Of a stretch of DNA of 64,000 bases, positions 11,298 through 19,178 are shown piece after piece; position 1 is the stretch's first letter, and the number at the start of each line of letters is the position of its first letter. The notes under the pieces are model-generated. The model did not search any database. It saw only the letters and a program-made list of their open reading frames with translations, and had not been told where the DNA came from. Location of the stretch: positions 199,524 through 263,523 of the forward strand of contig CAWILU010000003.1 of NCBI GenBank assembly GCA_963837055.1, read 5' to 3'. This stretch comes from an uncultured Acidobacteriota bacterium (GTDB taxonomy: Bacteria > Actinomycetota > Acidimicrobiia > Spongiisociales > ZC4RG35). Position numbers and translations under genes: made by a program.

Positions 11298-12327
11298 GGC
11301 TTCGAATCGGGCCCGGGCCACGAATGAGGCCCCAGACCATGCCGATCCCGTAGGCGAGATGCATGATCCCGGCTGCAATCAGCACGAGGGCCGGCGAGGT
11401 CTGGCTGCGGGTCGCAACCCAGATCAGCAGCAGTGCCCACGCACCCGAGATCACCACGATCGGCCACCAGACCCCGTTGCCGACACCAACGATCAGGCCG
11501 GAGAGAAGACCCAGGACGAGTAGCAGCGGGGCGAGGGGCCGGACTGAGGGGAGCTCGCCATTGAGCCAGAGCATCTCCGCCTTGCCCTGGCCATAGCGCA
11601 GATACTGACGCCACAGCGCACCCGGCGTGTCACGTGGCCGGTAAGTGGACAAGATCGCTGGGTCGACGAAGACGGTCCGACCCGAGACCCTCCATCGGTA
11701 GTAGAAGTCGGCGTCCTCTGACGTCCCCGACGGGAACGGTCGGAACCCGCCCAACTGCTCGAAGCCTGACTTCTCGAAGGCGCCGAGATACACCGTGTCG
11801 ACCTGCTCTCTGGTGGTGGCGTGATGGAACCGGCCGGGACCCATGGTCAGTGGGCTCGCCATGGCGGCCGTCACGGCTCGCCCGAAGTCGCTCTCGCCTG
11901 AGGGCCTCATCCGCCCACCAACGGCAGCGTCCAGCTCCTCGATGGCTTTGATCGACTTGCTGACGTAGTCGGGGGCATACCGGGTATGGCCGTCCGCCCT
12001 CACCAGGATCGAGCCGGAGGAGGCCGCTGCTGCCAAATTGAGTCCGAATGCCTGGCGTCGATCCGGGTTGTCGATCACCTTCACCCTCGACTCACGGTTC
12101 ACCCAATTGTCCAGCTTTGCCTTGGTCCCATCGGTCGATCTGCCATCGGCGACTATCAACTCGAGTGGGCCGGGGTAGTCCTGGGCCATGATGTCGCCGA
12201 TCACGTCATCGATGAGATCGACCTCATCCAGGATCGGGAGGATGACGGATACGGAGGGCTCGGTCGCCACGGGCCGGTGAGGATATATCCCGGTGTGGTC
12301 GAGCAGGGATCTAGCGTTCTCGTCCAT
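11287..12327 (-). CDS. Family-2 glycosyltransferase with C-terminal TM helices
   Basis: SVSVILPILDE...IVADGRSTDGT...RADGHTRYAPDY. The ORF stays open to 12648, but that extension is antisense to the methyltransferase gene. Likely starts are ATG 12327 or GTG 12270. Confidence 0.75.
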   Translation of the reverse strand: MDENARSLLDHTGIYPHRPVATEPSVSVILPILDEVDLIDDVIGDIMAQDYPGPLELIVADGRSTDGTKAKLDNWVNRESRVKVIDNPDRRQAFGLNLAAAASSGSILVRADGHTRYAPDYVSKSIKAIEELDAAVGGRMRPSGESDFGRAVTAAMASPLTMGPGRFHHATTREQVDTVYLGAFEKSGFEQLGGFRPFPSGTSEDADFYYRWRVSGRTVFVDPAILSTYRPRDTPGALWRQYLRYGQGKAEMLWLNGELPSVRPLAPLLLVLGLLSGLIVGVGNGVWWPIVVISGAWALLLIWVATRSQTSPALVLIAAGIMHLAYGIGMVWGLIRGPGPIRSLRS

Positions 12328-12915
12328 ATGAGCGCCGACCGGGAGTACACCGCCCGACTCGAGAGGGAGACTGCGAAGGGCTGGAAGAGGGCGCTCGGGG
12401 CCCAGGCGCCCTACCGCCGTCACATTCGGAGAGTGGTCGAGGGCAGGGTCCTCGATGTGGGGTGTGGCATCGGGCGCAACCTCCATCATCTCGACGGTCA
12501 AGGCGTCGGCGTGGACATCAATCCACACTCCGTCGAAGTGGCACGGAGCAACGGTCTCACCGTCTACACGGTCGAGGAATTCGAGAGCGGGCCAGACGCG
12601 GCTCGGGGCGAGTACGACACTCTCCTCTTCGCCCATGTCCTCGAGCACATGACCCAGCCAGAGGCTTCATCCCTGCTCGGTGCCTATCTTCCCTACCTCC
12701 GGACCGGGGGCCGGCTGGTGGTCATCGTTCCCCAGGAAGCCGGGTTCAAATCGGACGCGACCCATGTCACCTTCCTCGATCTGGCCGACCTCGGTGTCCT
12801 GGAGGAGGAGCATGGCTTGGTCCGGGAGACCGGGTACTCCTTCCCGCTTCCCCGGTCGGCCGGTCGTTTCTTCACCCACAACGAGACGGTGGCGATCTCT
12901 CGCAAGGCTCACTGA
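12328..12915 (+). CDS. Small class I SAM-dependent methyltransferase (type 11-like)
   Basis: VLDVGCGIGRNL...DTLLFAHVLEHM...GGRLVVIVP. I chose the ATG at 12328; the ORF-track N-terminal extension from 11986 is antisense to the GT2 gene. Confidence 0.7.
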   Translation: MSADREYTARLERETAKGWKRALGAQAPYRRHIRRVVEGRVLDVGCGIGRNLHHLDGQGVGVDINPHSVEVARSNGLTVYTVEEFESGPDAARGEYDTLLFAHVLEHMTQPEASSLLGAYLPYLRTGGRLVVIVPQEAGFKSDATHVTFLDLADLGVLEEEHGLVRETGYSFPLPRSAGRFFTHNETVAISRKAH

Positions 12916-12957
12916 GGTCTCTCTAAAGCGGCTGGACGCGCCCTTATCCTGCCGGTC

Positions 12958-14296
12958 GTGCGTCTTCCCCGTCCTGCCCTGCCTGGTTGGCTGCTCGCCG
13001 CCACGGCGGCGATCCCCGTCTTCGTGTGGTGGCTGGGCTGGTACCCGGGGTTCGGCTCATCCGACACCATCGATCAGTTCGGCCAAGTCGCCGAGCGGGA
13101 CCTATTTCAACCATCACCCGGCGATCCACACCCTGTACCTCGACATCCTCAGCCTCGGTGGGGCGAGACCGGGGTTGGTCGCTCTCGTCCAGTTGGTCGT
13201 GCTCGGCGTACTCCTCGCCTATGCCGCCTGCTGGCTGGTCGAAGCTGGGGTGCCGCTCTGGCTGGCCATCGGCACCGCCTGGCTGCTCGGGCTCTCCCCC
13301 GCGGTGGCCCCGACCACCCTGGCCCTCTGGAAAGACGTTCCCTTTGCCCTGTTCATGCTCTGGGCCTGGATCGAGCTCCTCGCCTTCGCCCTCGACCCGG
13401 ACCAAGCCTGGCGACCGTGGCCCGCGATCCGACTCGGGCTGGCTCTGGCCGGCGTGTGGCTATTCCGGGGAAACGGGCCGATCACGGTTCTCCTCGTCCT
13501 TCTGGCCCTGGCGTGGGTCTACCGCAGAAAGCTGCGCGTGGTCGGGATCACTACCGGCACAGCTGTCGTCGTCGTCTTCCTCACGATCGGACCGCTGTAC
13601 TCGGTCCTCGATGTTCAAGGGGCAAGCATCGAACCGGCCCAGGTGTTCCTGCCCGACGTCGCAGCCTCCTACAACGACGAGCCGGAGACCTTCACGGAGG
13701 CGGACGTCGACATGCTGGAAGCGATCGCCCCGCCGCTCATCTGGAACACCGAGTACGACTGCTACGACAGCACTCCCCTCCTCTTTCACCCGATGTTCGA
13801 TCAGGTCCCGGTCAGGGAGTCGCCGGGGGACTATCGGGCCCTCGAGGTCGATGTCCTGCTCCGTGACTTCGACACGGTGCTGAGCCACCGTCTCTGTGCG
13901 GCGAACTTCGTCTACGCCCCGAACCAGCCTGCCGATGCCTACTTCCATCGCCCGCCGTACGACTTCCCCCCCAACGATCTGGGTCTCGCCAGGGCTCCGG
14001 TGCTCGGGATCGCTTTCGACGTCACCGACCGGATCTGGCGCTGGGCCGAGATCGACAGCAGGCTGTGGCTCACCTGGAGACCCGCCATCGTCCTCCTCCC
14101 TGCCCTCGCCGCGGTGGTCGTGTTTGCCTTTCGGGCCCGGCGCCTACTCCTTCCGTCTGCCCTCCTGGTCGCTCACACCCTCAACGTCATGGCCACCTCC
14201 CCGGCCCAGGAATTCAGGTACGCCTACCCGCTCTACCTGATGGCGGCCCTCACCCTCCCCTTGCTCTGGCCGATGCTCCGAAGGCCACCCCTCTGA
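12958..14296 (+). pseudogene. Polytopic membrane protein, GT-C-like glycosyltransferase/polymerase candidate, one +1 frameshift
   Basis: N-terminus in ORF 12958 (MRLPRPALPGWLLAATAAIPVFVWWLGWYPGFGSSDTIDQFGQVAE). It continues in ORF 12680 frame (GTYFNHHPAIHTLYLDILSLGG..., followed by more than 8 TM segments). Shift near 13096. Confidence 0.6.
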
Positions 14297-14416
14297 CACC
14301 GTGCTTGCTGCAGCCTGATCGAACCCAGATCCACTGTGGGAATGGCCCCGTGACGGCGACGTCGCGGAGGTTCAGGTTGTTACCCTGCCCGAGATCTCAG
14401 CGCCAGACCAGGAGAC

Positions 14417-15595
14417 ATGATCATGAGGAGAATCACCAGGCTTGTGCTCACCCTCGCCGCGGTGACCGTCGGCTTGTTCATCGGAGCCGGCACTCTCGCC
14501 GCGCTCACCCTCAATTTCTCGGGCACCATCGACGGGTCCGATCCGACCATGCCGGTGGTGTTCATCACCTCGCCGGTTTGCACCAGCCAAGGAGTGACTC
14601 CCGTCCACTATGAGGTGATCGAGTTGGTCCGCCCCCTTCCCGGGACCCATGTCATCGATGTGACCAGCACTGCTGACTTCGCCTCGGCCTATCTGTACGA
14701 AGGGAGCTTCGACCCGGCCAATCCGCTGGAGAACTGCGTGGCGGCCGACAACAGCGGCCCCATCCAGATCACCTACGACTTCGTCCGCAACACCCCGTCC
14801 TATTTCCTGGTCGTCTTCGATGACACCGGCGCACAACTTGGGGGCGACTATCAGGTAGTGGTGAACACGCCGGACCCGCCGCCCAGCACTGTGGGTTTGG
14901 TCGACCCTGTTTCGGGTGAATGGCATCTGCGCAACCAGGTCGGTGCTGTCACCACCTTTGTTTATGGAAACCCGGGCGATGTGCCTTTCATGGGCGACTG
15001 GGACTGTGACGGGGACGACACACCGGGGCTGTTCCGCACCTCCGATGCCTTCGCTTACCTGCGCAACGCGAACTCTCAGGGGATCGCCGACATCCGGTTC
15101 TTCTTTGGCAACCCCTCCGACATCCCATTGGCCGGCGACTTCGACGGAGACGGGTGTGACACCCTCAGCATCTACCGACCCTCCGAACAACGGTTCTACA
15201 TCGTCAATGAGCTGGGTGCTAACAACGGTGGCCTCGGACCAGCGGAGTTCTCGTTCGTTTTCGGAGACCCCGGGGACAAGCCATTCGTCGGTGATTTCGA
15301 TGGCGACGCGATCGACGAGGTCGGACTGCATCGGGAGTCGACCGGGTTCGTCTACTACCGCAACACCCTGACCACCGGCATCGCCGACAACGAGTTCTTC
15401 TTCGGAGACCCTGGAGACCGATTCGTAGCCGGAGACTGGGGCATCGTGGACCGGGTGGAGACTCCCGGCGTGTTCCGACCGGCGGCCATCACCTTCTACT
15501 TCAGGCACACCAACACCCAAGGCAACGCCGACAGCAGTTTCGCCTTCGGCATCCCAAGCTGGTTACCCGTCAGCGGAGACTTCGGCCTCGGCTAG
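14417..15595 (+). CDS. Secreted protein: unknown N-terminal domain + 4.5x FG-GAP-like repeat module
   Basis: Signal/TM MIMRRITRLVLTLAAVTVGLFIGAG. The repeats are of the form [FY]G[ND]PxDxPxxGD[WF]DGDGxDTxxxYR. Confidence 0.8.
   Translation: MIMRRITRLVLTLAAVTVGLFIGAGTLAALTLNFSGTIDGSDPTMPVVFITSPVCTSQGVTPVHYEVIELVRPLPGTHVIDVTSTADFASAYLYEGSFDPANPLENCVAADNSGPIQITYDFVRNTPSYFLVVFDDTGAQLGGDYQVVVNTPDPPPSTVGLVDPVSGEWHLRNQVGAVTTFVYGNPGDVPFMGDWDCDGDDTPGLFRTSDAFAYLRNANSQGIADIRFFFGNPSDIPLAGDFDGDGCDTLSIYRPSEQRFYIVNELGANNGGLGPAEFSFVFGDPGDKPFVGDFDGDAIDEVGLHRESTGFVYYRNTLTTGIADNEFFFGDPGDRFVAGDWGIVDRVETPGVFRPAAITFYFRHTNTQGNADSSFAFGIPSWLPVSGDFGLG
14897..15592 (+). repeat. Coding repeat module (about 4.5 FG-GAP-like blades), copy 1 of 3 in the window
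   Basis: YGNPGDVPFMGDWDCDGDDTPGLFR / FGNPSDIPLAGDFDGDGCDTLSIYR / FGDPGDKPFVGDFDGDAIDEVGLHR / FGDPGDRFVAGDWGIVDRVETPGVFR / FGIPSWLPVSGDFG. Confidence 0.8.
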
Positions 15596-15863
15596 ATCGA
15601 GGGCGGATATCTCACGGGCTGAGGCATACCGTCCCTTTGGCGGCTGATACGGCTGTCATAGCCTGCGCTCCCACTCGGGACGGTGGCGACCCCCGCCTTG
15701 TCGACACCAGGCTCTGCTTCTCCTCAGATGCGAGCCACTTTGATTCCGAAGGAGAACAGGGCCGCGGAACCCATTGAGTTCCGGCGACGTTCGGACGAAA
15801 CAATGTGCTGCCGGGTGCACGGGGCATGCCGGCGGAGCGGTTATCGAATTCGGGTAGGGGTAA

Positions 15864-17000
15864 ATGAAGACGAGAGGGATTGTTCGGCCACGTCTCAGAC
15901 ACGTACTCGTGGCCGTGCCGATGAGTCTCATCCTGTTGGCCGTGCCGGCCACTTCCGCGGTCGCCCTGCCCGACGATGGCTTGACCCCGAAAAGCATGTT
16001 CCTCGACCTCGGCGGCGCGAGTGCCGAGGAGATCGCTGCCCGGGTCGACCGAATCTGCTCCGAGCACCGAGATCCCAGCAACGACGGCTACATCGCGAAC
16101 GTCGTCATCGTGGGGGTCCTCGACCAGCGAGGTGCCCTTCGCGTGGACCAGCTGCTCGCAGTCCTCCCCCATGTCCCTGGCGGCGGACGCAAGACATGCT
16201 TTGACAACGTGTTCATCGGCCCAACCCAGCTCGACGGGTCAGGGCAACCGTGGAAGAGCCGGGCAGACTTCCCCGGTGGGCTCGAGGCTTGGTGCGCCGA
16301 CAGCCTGTACTGCGGCGGGATCCTCACCCCTTCGTGGCGATGGGACAACATCGCAGCAAATCGACGAGCGGCAGATCAGTTTCTGGCATTCGTCGACTTT
16401 CATTTCCCGGGCGTCCGAAACACCTTGAACTGGTATATGACCTACGAGGGCTACTTCGACTGGATGGGCGGGAACCGCTACAGCGACGGCATCGCCTCGG
16501 CATACACCGCCTACATGCTCGAACTCGTCAAGACCTTCAACGATGCGCTCCAATACGCCGGTGAGCAACCCCAGACTTCCAGCCGGTCCGTGCTCTGGTC
16601 GCCCGCCTATGCCAATTCCTACTACTCGCACTCACAGCTTCAGCTGAACAACATTCGGGACAACCTCCGCACGGTCTTTCAGAACGTCCAGACAATGGCC
16701 GCCGGCGAAGGGATTGCCCGCGGGGTGGACTGGCTCGACATGCAGGACAAACTCGGCCAGACCGATTGCTTTTCGTTTGACTGCTACAGCGGCGTCAAGC
16801 ACTGGTATGACTTCCTCACCACCGTCAATTACGAGCAGTTCGCTTTTGCCAGTCTGAGGGTCAATATGGAGTTGTTCTCGACGAACCTGCCGGTGCCCGA
16901 CCTGAACGAGCAAATGGCCCGCCAAAACTTCTACGAGGCCAATGGCATCCCGATCGGAGCTTCGTGGGAGCTCCGGTTCTGGGACAGGCCCTCACTCTGA
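15864..17000 (+). CDS. Secreted hypothetical protein, possibly glycoside-hydrolase-like
   Basis: 378 aa with a signal peptide (VLVAVPMSLILLAVPATSAVA). Trp/Tyr-rich (NWYMTYEGYFDWMGG). The function is inferred only from its glycan-locus context. Confidence 0.5.
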   Translation: MKTRGIVRPRLRHVLVAVPMSLILLAVPATSAVALPDDGLTPKSMFLDLGGASAEEIAARVDRICSEHRDPSNDGYIANVVIVGVLDQRGALRVDQLLAVLPHVPGGGRKTCFDNVFIGPTQLDGSGQPWKSRADFPGGLEAWCADSLYCGGILTPSWRWDNIAANRRAADQFLAFVDFHFPGVRNTLNWYMTYEGYFDWMGGNRYSDGIASAYTAYMLELVKTFNDALQYAGEQPQTSSRSVLWSPAYANSYYSHSQLQLNNIRDNLRTVFQNVQTMAAGEGIARGVDWLDMQDKLGQTDCFSFDCYSGVKHWYDFLTTVNYEQFAFASLRVNMELFSTNLPVPDLNEQMARQNFYEANGIPIGASWELRFWDRPSL

Positions 17001-17056
17001 GCGGCGAGCTCGCCGACCCCGGCTAGCCCAACTGGCTTGCGTATCCTCACCGGTCG

Positions 17057-18190
17057 ATGGGGCCCGAAACAAACTTGCCGACGCCGGTCGCCTCGGTGAC
17101 GGTCATCACCACCGTTTTCAACGAGGGGCACGGCGTGATCGACATGCTCGACTCGGTGATGACGGGCAATGTCGTGCCTGCCGAGGTTGTAGTCGCAGAC
17201 GGCGGGTCCACCGACGGCACGCTGCGACTGCTCGCCGACTACGCCCGAGCTCATCCCCAGGTGAAGCTGTTGACCGACACCGGCGGTCGATCAGCGGGCC
17301 GAAACGCCGCGATCGAAGCCGCGAGCCACGACCACATCGTCTGCATCGACGGGGGCTGTGTCGCCGAGCCGGAATGGCTCGGAGAGATCAGTGAGCCGCT
17401 GCTCGCCGGGAGTGGGTGGGTCGGCGGCTTCTACCGTCCCCGGGGTGACACCGCGCTCTCGACTGCGATCGGACTGACGATGGTCTTCGTCGAAGAGGAA
17501 GTCGTGCTCCCCTACTTCCTGCCGTCGGCCCGATCCATGGCGTTCCATCGATCGCTGTGGCGGGAGGTCGGCGGGTTCCCCGAGGACGAGCAGTTCGCCG
17601 AGGACACGTCGTTCGGATACGCGCTGCTCGCGGCAGGCCACGCGCTGGTGTTCAACCCGCGCGCGGTGGTGGCGTGGACGCCCCCGTCCAGCTTGTTGGC
17701 CCAGGCCCGGACCCTGTTCGCCTGGGGACGGGGGGACGGACGTCTCGGTTTGCGCTCGGTCTACTACCAGCGACTCTTCGTCCAGGGCCTCCTCGCATTC
17801 GCCCTGCTCATCGTCGGGATCTTCTATCTGCCCCTACTTGCTTTCGGCATCCTCGGGTTGGCTGCCGTCGTCGTCTACAAGAGCCGGATGAAACTCCGCC
17901 ACATGGACGGGTGGCTGAAGTGGCTCCTCATCCCTCTGGCGACCGTCAACGGGCTCGTCAGTTCGCTGGCCGGGTTCATCAGAGGCGACCTGGAGCGAAG
18001 GTCCCGGAGACGTAGACCGCCGGTGGCGTCAGCCGACCAGCAGCTGCCCTCGGTCGCCGAGCCGGTCGAGAAGCGGGGCGACCCTTCGACCCCAGTGCGC
18101 GGCCAAAGCATGCCGACGCAGGTCGAGCCTCTCGCCGGGGGTCAACGCGAGGGCGGTGTCGATCGCGGCGGCGAAGTCATTGGGGCCTGA
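17057..18190 (+). CDS. Family-2 glycosyltransferase with C-terminal TM region
   Basis: VTVITTVFNEG...VVADGGSTDGT...GRSAGRNAA...CIDGG...FAEDTSFG. The last ~55 codons overlap the convergent GT4 gene, so the true 3' end is uncertain. Confidence 0.7.
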   Translation: MGPETNLPTPVASVTVITTVFNEGHGVIDMLDSVMTGNVVPAEVVVADGGSTDGTLRLLADYARAHPQVKLLTDTGGRSAGRNAAIEAASHDHIVCIDGGCVAEPEWLGEISEPLLAGSGWVGGFYRPRGDTALSTAIGLTMVFVEEEVVLPYFLPSARSMAFHRSLWREVGGFPEDEQFAEDTSFGYALLAAGHALVFNPRAVVAWTPPSSLLAQARTLFAWGRGDGRLGLRSVYYQRLFVQGLLAFALLIVGIFYLPLLAFGILGLAAVVVYKSRMKLRHMDGWLKWLLIPLATVNGLVSSLAGFIRGDLERRSRRRRPPVASADQQLPSVAEPVEKRGDPSTPVRGQSMPTQVEPLAGGQREGGVDRGGEVIGA

Positions 18191-19174
18191 AGCCGTATCG
18201 ACGGCAGGCTCGCTGACACAGGCGGGCAGAGGCGTACCGACCATCGGGACCCCGCATGCCAGGTACTCGTACATCTTGAGCGGAGTCACCGCCTCCGTCA
18301 TCTCGTCGACGATGAACGGAAGGATGCCGACTTTGAAGCCACGGACGAAGTCGGCGATCTGCTGGGACGGCTGGGCCGGAATGAGGGTCACATTGCCCTG
18401 TTGCCGCAGTTCTCGAGCCTGATCTCTCACTTCGGGGTCGACCGGGCCGACCAAGACGAAGTCGAGCTCAGGCCTCAGGCCGGCCACGGCGTCAAACAGC
18501 TCGAAGTCGAACCATGGCGCAAGGGCACCGTGATAGCCGACGACCGGACCCTCGGGGAGGGCGTCGGCGATGGGCCCCACAGAATCGAAGCGATCCACGT
18601 CGACCCCGTTCTCCACCAGCAGCATGTCGGGACGCTCCGCCCGGTGCCGGTCGACGAGGACCGGGTTGGATGCGATGACGACATCGGCGCTCTCCACCAG
18701 CGGCCCGTGATGATGTCTCACCGTCCGGGCTCGAGGCATTCCGTCCTCCATGGGCTCGTAGATGGCCAAGTCGTCCAGGAGGTCGTAGACCACGACCCGA
18801 TCGGCGTAGCGGTCGATGAGAGTGCGAGTGGGGGCGAAATGGGTGTAGACGATCACACCCGAGCGTGGCGTGTCCCGGATCGAGGGGACCAGGTGGATCC
18901 GTCCTTCCACCACACTCGACTCGCCCAGACGCGGGTCGACGAACCACACCTCATGACCGGCCGCGGCAAGGGCCTCGAGCAAATACTGAGGGCGCTGCTT
19001 CATCGTCTCCCAGCCCAGCCAGGTAGGGAGATAGACCACCGGCCGCAGAGATCCGGGCCGTGGGACCGGGCCGCGCGGGTAGTCGTACATGCGATCGCGC
19101 AGCTCCATTGCCCCTGGAAGCCGCTTTAGCGCTCGCTTCACCCGACCGGGAACGACGGAGACCACACGGTTCAT
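18029..19174 (-). CDS. GT-B (GT4/TuaH-like) glycosyltransferase
   Basis: KQRPQYLLEALAAAGHEVWFVDP...GYHGALAPWFDFEL...LPF...TPLKMYEYLACGVPMV. I chose the ATG at 19174 (MNRVVSV), 4 nt after the upstream stop. The ORF track extends to 19246. Confidence 0.75.
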   Translation of the reverse strand: MNRVVSVVPGRVKRALKRLPGAMELRDRMYDYPRGPVPRPGSLRPVVYLPTWLGWETMKQRPQYLLEALAAAGHEVWFVDPRLGESSVVEGRIHLVPSIRDTPRSGVIVYTHFAPTRTLIDRYADRVVVYDLLDDLAIYEPMEDGMPRARTVRHHHGPLVESADVVIASNPVLVDRHRAERPDMLLVENGVDVDRFDSVGPIADALPEGPVVGYHGALAPWFDFELFDAVAGLRPELDFVLVGPVDPEVRDQARELRQQGNVTLIPAQPSQQIADFVRGFKVGILPFIVDEMTEAVTPLKMYEYLACGVPMVGTPLPACVSEPAVDTASGPNDFAAAIDTALALTPGERLDLRRHALAAHWGRRVAPLLDRLGDRGQLLVG

Positions 19175-19178
19175 CGAC

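Noticed and set aside
12328-12648. N-terminal extension of the GT2 ORF (and 11986-12327 extension of the methyltransferase ORF, 12680-12957 extension of the membrane-protein ORF)
   Set aside because: The extensions overlap the divergent or neighbouring real genes and lack homology-type sequence. Starts were chosen where family-typical N-termini begin.
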